A stretch of 64,000 bases of DNA, from contig JAMWBK010000003.1 in NCBI GenBank assembly GCA_029953675.1, positions 1,364,001-1,428,000 of the forward strand, given 5' to 3'. Source of the stretch: Rhodosorus marinus CCMP1338 (Eukaryota; Plantae; Rhodophyta). Below, piece by piece: positions 10,122-21,667 of the stretch. Every line of letters begins with the position of its first letter. The first letter of the stretch is position 1. The notes below the pieces were generated by a model. That model made no database searches and had not been told where the DNA came from. It saw nothing but the letters and a program-made list of their open reading frames with translations. The position numbers and the translations under genes are program-made.

Positions 10122-12138
10122 TCAACTATTGGCCCCACTTGACGCCCGTGAAAGTTTCCACAGTTTCACAGTGGAATCAGCGGAGCATGAAGCTAGAACT
10201 GGCTCCGAGGGATGAAATTCTACTGAATAGCATCGGCCTTGGTGACCCTCCAGAACCTGTTCGATCAAAGGGTTAACGACGAATACACGGAGATAAGAGG
10301 CGCACCGATTCTAGAAACGGTAGCCTGGTGACAATACGCTGCATGGGCAAGTTTGGGGCCTCAGCGTCCATACCTGGATCAATTTGGAGTTTCCCGAACC
10401 ACCGCTTATATCGAACAAGTATGCATTTCCGTCGACGCTCCCCGTCGACAACAAAAGGGAGCCGCTGATACCATTTGCTGCCTTGTAATCGGAAATTTCC
10501 TCCTCAGTCGTGAATTCGAAATCGTCTGCTTCGTGTGGATTCGTGCTGTTCCATCCAGTTGTCTCACGATAAGGACGATAATCCTTCCCGCAATAGAAAG
10601 ACGAGCGTATGGGCCAATTTCTGTTGTGGTGCCCTACAGGATAGAAAACCCCCGGAGAGGGCTTAGCGCTCTGCACGGACACGATACAGGGCCGTGAAAT
10701 TCTCCCTCTTTTCGATTTTTTCCTGCCCACCTCTCAAAACGTGCTGCACGCGCATGGCCGACGGAGATCCGCCCAGCAACCTTTCACCACGACTGTATAC
10801 TCGCAGGTAGTTATCGTAGCTGTTAACAGCTAGTAGACGGCCTTCATCTTCACCACGCAAAACCGGACTTGCATGTACATGGGTTATTGGTCTTCTCTCT
10901 GGACCATTCGCGGTTACACTTGTAGGCTTTGTGTCGGCTTTTCTAAGATCCCACGTCTTGATGAACCCCAAGCGGTCACCTTAGCAGTCATGAACAGGTT
11001 CATGTTCGTAAGGGGTTTGGCAGTGTAGGCGTTAATCATGTTTTGAATCGCGTACCGCTGGTGATAGTGGAATTATCATTTGAGAGATAGATCGTATTCA
11101 CGTTAGAGTCATTCTTCAAGACCCCAGCACTTTCCTCATCACCACCCGGAGCTCGTCGATCAAACCAGGTTATAGTGTTCGCAGTGGTGCTACGGGTTGA
11201 GAGCAATCGGAGGAGATGGAAATTTAGGAATCATTGTCGACATATGGATCGACGAGTCCAGCTTCTGTCGGGTGCGTACGCCACGTAAATTAGGTTATCA
11301 GAGCGAGAGATTTGAATCGCCTGAACCAGTCCAGAAGTGGAAAAAGTCGTAAGCGGGGTACTGCGTCCGGAAGCCACATCCCATTCCTTGACGTACTTGT
11401 CATATCCACCTGAGAGCGTCAAAATGGGAGGCAATTAACATGTGGCCCCCTGTCGGACGATCCATCCCCTTTCTCGGAAATAGAGAGACGTGAGAGTTTC
11501 AATTTACCGCTGTAGGCTAGGGTGGAGTCAGAGGACCATGCCAGGTCGATGATACTGGCATCATGAGCGCCGTGAATAGAAACGCTAGGCCGATCGGATG
11601 CATTTTCTACTTTCCAGACCCGAACAGATTTGTCAAAGCTCCCGCTGGCAAGAAATCTGTGCACGGACGCACCAAGCCAAGGGATTATAAGAAGACACCA
11701 ACAGCCCTTGGTTTGAGACGAAGACACTGTATATACCTGAAAGAAACTGCTGAAAGATTGCACCTACCTCCCACACGGTGAGAATGCTAAACAGTATACA
11801 GCGCCGGCGTGAGCTTCAAGATTGATCTTACAACTGAATCGAATTTCCTCCTGTCCACTGGGTTCATTATCAGTACTGTGATCTATTCTGTTCGTATCCC
11901 CATCTAGTGCAGCATCGATATCGAACACGAACTGAGTGTTATATCCGCCTCCAACTTGACCCTTGGCACCATTTTCAATGGCGAGCGTTAGCTCGTGGAC
12001 GGACTTCTTCAGTTCTCGATTTTCCTTCTCTAGAGCTTCCAATCTCTCCTGAAGGGTCTTTTTCTCCTGTTTCATAAGCTCAAGCTGAGTCTTATAGAAA
12101 CTCTCTCCATCTTTGCGACTTAGTGGCGTTGAAAGCAT
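10122..12138 (-). CDS. WD40-repeat protein with N-terminal coiled coil, multi-exon
   Basis: Coiled coil QLELMKQEKKTLQERLEALEKENRELKK. WD repeats AHAGAVYCLAFSP/LASGSFDKSVRVWK, GGYDKYVKEWD, IKTWD, GHQGRCYSVEFHP..LASCSADSTVKLWK. Stop at 10122; start taken as the ATG at 12138. Confidence 0.88.
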
Positions 12139-15042
12139 CTCACGATCTCCTCGCGCTCGACTGTTGAATACCACTAGGCTCCCTGGTAAAGCTCTCCAAC
12201 CTATTCAGTTGGGAAGTTAGACCAACCTCACCTACGCACACATACGTTAAGTGAGCCTCATTAAGGCGTAATTTCGAAGTGAGGCCCCTCAAATTCTTTC
12301 GCAAACCGGTAGTGGAGTCGGAGCGTCGAGAACAAGACATGCTTCTCACACTCGAATAGCGCAGCGAACTGGTGTCCCACAGGAGTGGCAGACTGTTCTG
12401 GAGAACTGGTGTTCGCAGGTTACCCTATGTCCTATGCCTCCAAGGTTGTCGGGAGTCTTCAAGACGTTGGGCATAGCACGTAGCACCGACAGAAGACGAA
12501 ATCTTTTTCTTTCTGTCCTCCGAGTCTAGTTAGCCCGGAAAATCTCTGAAACAAGGGCATGTCACATTTTTATCGCGGATTTGACGCTTTTTAACTGACC
12601 AAAGCAAAAACTATCTGAGCTCCATTGTGGAAGACAGCTGCTCAGGCTCGGGAATCCGAGTGACAGCAAGTGTCAGCAATCGCTTCGAAATCGACCAACT
12701 TGCGAAGCTCACCTAGTTCACGGTCAGAACGCAAACCCTAGAAGCGCCTTCAGGCTTCGGTGCTTTGCAAGGTGCATTTCTCTACTGGTGTTTCAAATCT
12801 AATCCATGAGATAGAGATTAGCTCCTTACGGCCCTGTAGTTCTACGAACTTGAGCAAGCCCAGCCAATCAGGCAGAAAGATGAAGACGTGGGCTTTCAAG
12901 ACATTTCGACAATTCTGGTTAAATAAACTGTTCCAAGTGATGCAGCAATTGAACATCCAGCCCGATAGCTCTCCCACATCAAACCGCCGCGAGCGCGTTG
13001 GGACGGACTCACAGAGCTTTGTTAGGGACTTTCTCTAGCAACCCCGCTGAACTTTTTCCCAACAACGAGAACGATGGAAACCTAGGGTCGAAATTTTTTT
13101 GAGACTGGCTTGGGCTCATGGGTTTTAGAGTAGCTGGATTAATTGAGGGAAATTGGGCTAGTTCCGAGGTATCTCGCGTGTGTACGTCAACTCGCGAGCA
13201 CTGTACTCAAGCGACGCCCCTTTTTATTGTAAAACATATTATTGTTCACAAATTGGAAAAAGAGCCAAAGATCCCGTAGCAGTCGTCTTCCTAGGATATT
13301 CAGAGCGATGTGCTTCAGATGCTGTCGGACTTTCTGGAGTCAAGCCGGGCCTTCGCTGAGGCTTCAGTTTTGTCTAGTAGTGATCACTGAAACAACTATT
13401 TGGTGTCCCGATCCGGTTTGCACGAGCGACCTTGGGGGAGACCTTGCATGGCTTCCATGTCTCCCCCACTCCGTTATTCGATCTCGAGCCAATGCAGAGT
13501 CCCTCGCTGGCCCAGAAATGGAGGTGCCATGCCGGTCATTTCGAGCTAAAATCATAGGACAAACTATGGACGGAGCTCGAACCATGGCCGAGCATGTCAG
13601 TGGAATTTCCAAAGACTCGGAGGATGCCAGTGAAGCAGGTGTTTTCTATGAGTGTGTTGCCTTCGCACCAGCTCGAGCTAGCATTGAAAAGTTCCATTAA
13701 AGGAATGAACAACCCTCAAATACGAGACTCATGAAAACCTCTGTAAACGCTTACCTGCCGGACCAGGCGAAGTGAATATCAAGATTGCCACCAGTGTACG
13801 CACGACGTCCCAGTTCGATGGACGCCGCTGGGGTTCTGGACGGACTGTGCATGCGCTTTGTTGGAGGAGCGGAAGTACACGGGAACTGGCTAAGCGCCGT
13901 GGCAACTCATGAGCATCGTTTAGTGTACGTGGGTTCAGCATTCTAATACTGTTCGTAATCGTGCTGCAGGTGGTGTCTGCTCAAGGTAATTGATCCTTTT
14001 TTCTGCTGGTGTCGTTGGTCACATTCAAAGCTCGATGTATGCAAGACGTGTAGGGATACAAAGAAAACTATATCTCGTGTATGTTGTCACGTCGCGGAGA
14101 TTAGAAAGTAGAAGTTTGAGGTTAGCACTTGCTCTGCATAAAAGCATGATGATGATGTATAAAAACTTCACATTGAAGCGGTAGAACTTCAAAAGTGTTG
14201 CTTTTGATGAGCACAATTCCCCCAATTCGCTTAGACATGAACAATTTGTTCACATCTAAGCGAAAAATCGGCCCGTCAATAGCTCAAACCGCAACCTATT
14301 AGCTTAAATCATCCTGCTCACGAAGTACCAAAGCCATATTGGAAGATGCGAGCCTAGCCCTGGTGGAAGTTACCCGAAGCCCTCAGTTGCCTCGTATACA
14401 AACCCCTGGGCTCTTCCATCTCCTAACGATTCAGATTAGTGAGCACACTAATTTGTTTTCTGCAACAGCACGTCCTAAGCTCACAGTCCCGCAGCATTCA
14501 AGATTTTCTAAGGCAAATGCGATATGCCCTTTTATTGTCAATTCATGATTACCGCGGCCCCTTATCCGACGCAACCACGAGGTGATGTGGTTGGCCCCGA
14601 CGAAGCTCAGTTTGCGAGAGTTGGTGTGTTCGTGGCTCCACTGCCACCGGAGAAGGGCCGACAGGGAAAGGCGGTGGGGGGGGTAGGGAGGGAGGGGAAG
14701 CAAGGCCTTACTTCCGAGGTATTCTGAACCTATGTCCTCGCAGTGGCTGGAGCACAGGCCTCGACTGAGACGGGGAGGATAGCCGACGGTTGGCCTGGCA
14801 GATACGTGAGCGCGAGGAGATGTTCGGCAGGACGATTCTGCGGTTCCGCGGGGTTGTGGATAAGAAGATGGTTTTCGTCGGAGGTCTGACTGGAAGTTTT
14901 ATTAGCTACGTATGGTGAAGTTCATACCGTAATGCATCAGATGCCGTTCGAGTCTGGTTTTCGAATAGATTCATTTTTTTGGTTTGTTCTGTGAGTGCGA
15001 GCTACGACTTAGTATCTTTGAGTAGAGATCTGGATTTTTCTT

Positions 15043-15846
15043 TCTCGGCAACATCAGCTAGAGAATTTTGAGAGATCACAGTGCGAAATATCTCCCGTTC
15101 CCGTTGCCGAAATTGAGTTCATGCATCAATCTCCACATAGGGCATTCCGATCTTATCTGTGGTGTACTCTACACTAAGATTGACGAACATTCGTTTTCGA
15201 TAGCTTACATGAATGCAGCTGACTTGATTGCATCAGCAGAGCACTGTTTCCGTGATTTCACGCTCCGGAAGTCAACAAACTGAAAAAGTCCCGCATGCGT
15301 CTCTTCGTGCAGTATACTTGGAAGTCAGTATTGGAAGAAGCAGGGGAGGAGATGAGAGAGAACGCGAAACATGTTCGACCATCTGGCCGAAAACTCGTGG
15401 TGTCGCGATCTTCTGGGTCGGAGTTCAAGGTGCCACCGGAGAATTGACCAAGTTTTTAACGACTACGCCGAGGTGGAGGACCAACAGGGTGGCTGAAATG
15501 TTGCTTGAGCACGGAGATAACAATATAATTCCCCTCCGGCTTGGACGGATGCGACGAGCGGTTGGACAAGGTGAGGACGACGCCGACAACCCCACGATCG
15601 ATCTTGTTACGCTTTCAGAACAGTTCTTGTCTTTGGTTGACATTCTGATCTGCTGACTAAGAGACTGCAAATCTTCGTGAGAACGGATTTGGGGTTTGTC
15701 TCTCGGCAACAACAGCTAGAGAATTTCGATCAAATCCCAGTGCGAAATATCTCCCGTTCCCGTTGCCGAAAGTGACATTTTCATCAATCTCCACATAGGG
15801 CATTCCTCTGTTTTCATGTTGTACTCTACACTAAGGTTGACGAACA
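15043..15846. repeat. Diverged ~147-bp direct repeat (15043-15189 and 15701-15846)
   Basis: Shares a 34-bp identical core cagtgcgaaatatctcccgttcccgttgccgaaa at 15079 and 15738. Confidence 0.9.
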
Positions 15847-15997
15847 CTTTCGGACTCTTGAGATTACTTATCGCTTTAGAGAGCTATTCACCGATTGCTT
15901 GAATGGTACCAAAGCGCTGTCGAATTCGTGAATCTAAGCGTGTACCTTCCTTTTACGCATACTACATAACAACCGATACATGAAGGCTTGGAAAAGC

Positions 15998-16250
15998 TCA
16001 TAGTAGTAACAGGATCAGTGGACCGGACAAGCTACAGATGTATACAGTCATGATGAAGGAAACTGCTCGGGTTCGCGGAGTTCCTCAGGGATTGCACCAT
16101 GCTCGCGTAGCTAGGCTTGGTTGAAGGTTCATAGTAGTAACAGGATCAGTGGACCGGACAAGCAACAGATGCATATAGTTATGATGAAGGAAGCTTCTCC
16201 TGTTCGTGGAGTTCCTCAGGGATTGCACCATGCTCGCGTAGCTAGGCTTG
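15998..16250. repeat. Tandem duplication, 122-bp unit, period 131
   Basis: tcatagtagtaacaggatcagtggaccggacaagc...gagttcctcagggattgcaccatgctcgcgtagctaggcttg at 15998 and 16129. Confidence 0.92.
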
Positions 16251-16444
16251 CTTGGGTGGTAGGAAGCTCTCTCAAAAGCCGTTTATAGTTAAAAGAGTGT
16301 TGTACAAAGATTGCAAAGTGAAGATGTTCTGAATTGAAATTTTTCACGCCACCTGCGAGCCCAAAAAGATGAAGATACTGCCTTCTACGCGCTACTATTC
16401 GGCGACGCGTCAGACAATCCACAACTCCCAACAACGAGGCCCCG

Positions 16445-17810
16445 TCAATCTCGGAGCTCTTTATCTAGCCACTGATTGAAACCCGAGGGGTTGTCCAGGA
16501 AAAGGAAATGACCTGCATCCTCAAGAACTCCAACAGACGCTTTCGTGTTCATCGATGGAATGACCTCAGCAGCAAGTCTCCAGTCCATCCAATCGCGTTC
16601 ACCATAGATCATGGACACTGGCACAGTTAAACTCGGCAGTCTATCTTTTAGTGGCTTTCGAGCCCACGCGCCAAACTGCAGGATAGTATTCATACCGTAT
16701 TCTCCGCTCCCTGGAAGCATCGAAATTTCAGCGAAGTACGTTCCAAGCGCATCTGCTGCACTCGGCTCCAGTGAAGGAAACCTGTAATTAGCGTATCTCT
16801 TGCAAAGCCAGGTCATTGTTCCCGAGCCCAAAGTCCTTCGCAAGTCGAGAATACAAATATTTTTAAAAAGTCAACTTCCCTTCTGAGTACGAACCGCATC
16901 CTCGAGTACGGACCAGCGGAGGGCGACCTAAGGAGAGGCTAATAATAAAACCAGGTTCAAACGGAGAATTCATACCTAGCCAGACTTTGCGGGGACTTGT
17001 TTCTGTCCCATAAGATCTTCATCATTCCCAAGAGAACTCTTTGATAAAGCGCTCGTCGTGGTCCTTTCCAATTTACTGGCCGCGCTGGTATCCCGACGGG
17101 AGACACAAGCATCAGCCGGTCTACGTTCTGCGGAAACTTCAGAGCAAACAATGTCCCTAAGTAACCCCCGAGACTGTGGCCAACGATAGAAAACCGCTTG
17201 AACGACGGTTCCAGCTTACGGAATTCTGATGCCCACTCACTAAGAGAGCTGATGAAAAACAGTGACGCCTCTGCGAGGGGGGTTCGCAAACGAATCACAT
17301 GAATACACAATGATATAGCAACTTTCAGTTCAGTTTTCGGAACCGTGAAAGTTGTGGGCCTCACTAGACAAGTACGCGATTTCAAAATACCTTCCGGTTC
17401 AGCGTTCCGGTTGAAGTTGGGTCTGCTGGAACCACCGCAACCTAGCCAGTCCACGAGGTGGACTCGATAGGTCTTTGAAAGTGGGAGAACATTTTTTGCG
17501 AAAAGCGCAGCTCCAGACCCCCAACCTGACATCGCGCAAGGATCGGTTACTGTGAGCTAATCAAAACAAGTACGAAAGCAACTTGAACAAAGCCAGCTGC
17601 TGAAGGAAGCTCCGCCAAGCACCCACCTGGCAAGAAGACGATATGCCTGGCTCCTGACGGATTCCCAAACGACAGAGTGTTTATAAGCTCTCCCGATGAC
17701 GGGAGATTCACGAGACGTTTCTCGAAAGCCGGAGCATTGCAGCTTTTCAAGACCTTTCGCTCAGCAACAACTATGTTCTCCAGACGTTTCCTCTCCCTTT
17801 TCTTCACCAT
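16445..17810 (-). CDS. Alpha/beta hydrolase, ABHD4/ABHD5(CGI-58)/Ict1-like lipase-acyltransferase, multi-exon
   Basis: VDWLGCGGSSRP, nucleophile motif GHSLGGY, LVSPVG, IYGERDWMD and C-terminal AGHFLFLDNP (HX4D). Confidence 0.9.
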
Positions 17811-19250
17811 CCTTGCAATAGTCGACGATCGAGATACTATCTACGAACCAACAGAAAACGCTAGGGTCCGTTGCTTGCCGGTTTCCACAAGCTGCGGGTT
17901 CGATCGAAATGATCTGCGCAAAAACATCAACGCTACCTCACCACAAAAACCTCTAATCGTACAATTCCCGACAATCAAATTATATGTGCTCGCGTGGCTT
18001 GTTCCGCAGTCACGTCCACGCAAGCTCTCAAGATTGCGATCCACCCTCAAAGGCACACCCTCTGAAGATCCAGTTGCTGAACTTGAATGGTGGCATTCAC
18101 CGATTTGAAAAATTTCTTAGATTGAAATCAATTTGCTACTCGAGATGCTTATTAATCACCGTGCGGAACTATGAAAACTCGGACGATTAGCGAGCGAAAC
18201 AGTCCGAGAGCATCTTTTCAGAAGAAAAAACACGCGACTGCGCGGACCTTCCGGAGCGAACTCAAGGTCTTCACAGCCATAGACATACATGATACTCAGT
18301 AGGCATTTAGCGTTCACACAGCAAGAGGTTGGTTGCTTACTCACAGGACGACGTCACACCTTGGAGAACCGCAAGCCCATGAGCCCTGGCGAACAATTTG
18401 AAGAGTTGGACATCAACTGTTTTTCTCTGTCCGGCGACTTGACAATTTGAAACTAGCAGCACACAGCTTGGGTAGGTGTTTTCCATCATCGCAAACGAGT
18501 GCAGGAAAAGTAATCGTGCAAGACAACGCTAGGACCATTTCGTACAAGCCTATCAACGTTCCGCTACTCTGCGTGCTCGCTCTGGCAACGTACAGCATTG
18601 TGAAAGAGTCGTCCAGGTGATCCCGAACACATTCCACGGATGCTAGGAGGGAGCCATATCCAGCCACACATCGCTCGAAAAGCCTGAACGCTTGGTTGGG
18701 TCCTCGCTATTTCCAAACCCCAAATTTATGGACTGAAACAGGCTCGGGCAGGTGGTGCCCGATACAGCTTCTCCTTTTAGGAACGGGCTTGGAGTAAGTA
18801 GATTATTTGACAATGCTTTTATTAGCTCACAAGCTTCCACGATACAGAAACTGTACACCACTGCAGGACCACCCTTCCGCCAACTCGCTTCCTTCCTCCT
18901 CGCCCTACATCGCAGCTCACTCGGTCGGAATCGCGGCCGATCGCAAAGCCATCGCAGATGGCTGATGGTGACCGATCTGTTGGAAACGCTTCACAAAGTG
19001 TATACGCGGAAAATTTCTGAGCGGGTTCTACAGATCGTGAAGCTTATACGGACTTGCCGAATTTGGAAGCAGACCTCTACTTTGTGATTTTTGGTGTAGA
19101 AAAATTCGCAGCGAACTCTGAACGAAGATATTGAATACAGGTCTTCGAGATTTCGAACGGCTGGGATTTGTGACTTGCTCAAATATTCCGTGTTGGAATT
19201 GAGTGGATTGCAGAAGCGGGCAGTGTACACACACGAGGAAGGAAGCTCTC

Positions 19251-20849
19251 ATGGAGAGGACTTGTCTAGCAGGCTTTCTTCTCCTACTCATCGCGATCGG
19301 AGGGGCCATTGATAGTGGCGAGAGTCTCCTCGAATCACAGAACGAAGTTGAGTCCGCAGTTCAATACTCACGTGAGGGACGAGCAAAGATCATAAGATCC
19401 TCCGATGAATTGCCAGAGTACGCGAAGGCGACCCCGGCGAAAAGGAAGAGTCTGATTGATATGCCAATCAATTTTGACTGGTCAAACGTGAAAGGAAAGA
19501 ACTACTTAAGTCCTTCGTGGAATCAACATGTTCCGACATACTGCGGATCTTGCTACCTGCACGCTTCTCTTACCGCTGCGCAGGATCGAATCAAAGTGGC
19601 AAAGCATGGAGAAGGTCCAGACGTTATGCTCTCCCGCCAGTCACTGCTAAACTGCATCAGTGCGAAAGAGGGAAAGGCGTCTGGTGGTGTATCTGATGGA
19701 TGTAGGGGTGGAGACTCGCTCGATGTATACAGATACATGCATGATATTGGTCTTCCGGATGAAACCTGTAACACATATCAGGCTAAGGAGACAACTGTTT
19801 GCGACGCGCGAGCTCAGTGCATGAATTGTATGCCTTTTGCAGAACCCGTTATGGAAAATTTTAAGTGCTGGGCAGTTGAAAATTTCATCAACTACAGGGT
19901 AACTGAGTTTGGAAAGCTTCCAAAGGATGAAGCCGCGATAATGTCCGAGGTCCAGGTCAGGCGATCACCGTAGCTCGGTGAAAGTTGACACTATTCATAC
20001 ATGTGCTGATGATGAATTTCTTTGTGACAATGGAGCAGGATGGCGGACCCGTAGCCTGCTCTCTGGCAACGACGGAAGATTTTGATTACAACTACGCAGG
20101 CGGAGTTTGGACGAAGGGAACAAACCAGACTGAATCGAACCACATCATCGAAATAACCGGATGGGGAGTAACTGAAGGAGGAGTCAAGTTTTGGCAAGCG
20201 AGAAACTCGTGGGGAACCTACTGGGGAGACCTAGGATTTTTTAAGGTGAGCTCAACATGCCCACTTGCTCAAGGGTCAGAGGTTTCGGAACTCATGTCAT
20301 TGAACACCTTCGGTTCTGTATCGAGAGTTGTTACAGATTGTCGTTCTCCTGGTTCTGCCTCTTCTGATATGTATAGTCGTGGCATCTTCCTTGTTCTGAT
20401 TGGTCGTATCTAAAACTCGCTTCCAGATTCTCCGCGGCGAAAACCTGATGCTGATTGAAGAAGACTGCTGGTTTGTGCACGTTGACTGGTCTTCGGAGGA
20501 GCAAGTCAGCGGCGGGGAACTGGTCGGCGGCATGCATGGTCTGCGGACAAAAAGTGCCGAGGCCAAGCAGATTGACGCCACCTTCAAGAGGGAGCTAATC
20601 AGAAACGCTGCAGACGACATAGAGCAACTCAATCCACCATCTGGAGATTGGGAAGCTTCACACGTCCAGCGAGAGGATGCTCGGCTGGACCAGGGACCCC
20701 TCACCCGTCGAAACTCTTCATACTTCCAAAGTTTTCCAGTGTCGGTATGGTTGGTGCTTAGCTTCGCTACTGGCTTCGTCCTCTGCACGTTTTGGGAAAA
20801 AGAGAAAAGAGTCCGACGCGCAGGTTATAGGGCAATTGAGGCGGCTTAG
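19251..20849 (+). CDS. CTSZ: Cathepsin X/Z-like papain-family (C1A) protease with signal peptide and C-terminal TM tail
   Basis: Signal MERTCLAGFLLLLIAIGGA; NQHVPTYCGSCYLHAS (cathepsin X mini-loop plus catalytic Cys); HIIEITGWG; WQARNSWG. Introns at ~19956-20038 and ~20246-20426. Confidence 0.9.
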
Positions 20850-21667
20850 AGAACTCCCCTTTAGGTGAGAATGAGGGTGCTGATTCTCATACAGTTTAGT
20901 GCGTTGTTGCAGAGGGCTATGCTCCAATTGCTAGCCGGAGACGCTTCGCAGTGTGCATGCAAGCTTCCTTGATGATTTTAGAATGGCAATAAGATCAACC
21001 CCTTTGATTCAAGTTAACCCCAGACTAGCGTTACTCCAAGCCAGCTTCGCTGCTCGTCACACACAATCCACAGACGTGGGCATTTGGGCAACATCCAGCA
21101 AGGTTGTTGGTGCATGTAAAGTGCACACGTGGTTGAAGGGAGACGCATTGATCGGTCTTCGCCGAGGGATACAATCAAAAAAGCAGCGCATGGTCTTCCC
21201 TGATGCACTTGCAGAATCACCCGCTCCTCTGAAAAGCGCTTGTTGAAGTTAAGTCATCTGGAAACAGCTTTCCCTCCAACACTATCAACTACAGGTAGAC
21301 GGAGCACATCGCTCTGTGCCCTCGCAGACTACAGTTTCCAGCCACGACCCCGCGGGGTTCCGCAGCACTGTCCGAACGACTAAAAGGAAGCAGCATTGCT
21401 AGATCTCCGATTGGACGCTCTCAACGAAAAACTTTTAGCCGCGTTTGGACTCACGAGCGGGCTTCCACTCCGCCCTCCGCAATGAACAATATCCTGCATA
21501 ATCCTCTGGTTGTAGAAGCTGCCTCGAAAGCTTCAGGCTGCCTTGGGGAGGCAAACCCCGATGGACTCTCGGCACTATACATGGCTCGGCTAGTTTGATA
21601 GAAGGGAATGCTCGGTATTGTTCGACGTTTAGTGGAAGACTAGCTACCAAGGAAAAGAAGCATAAAG

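Noticed and set aside
18200-18960. Possible spliced gene on the minus strand between the hydrolase and cathepsin genes
   Set aside because: Short open frames with no recognisable motif or consistent exon chain.
21250-21580. RILFIAEGG..RS resembling an LMW phosphatase loop
   Set aside because: The catalytic cysteine is absent and no downstream exons could be reconstructed.
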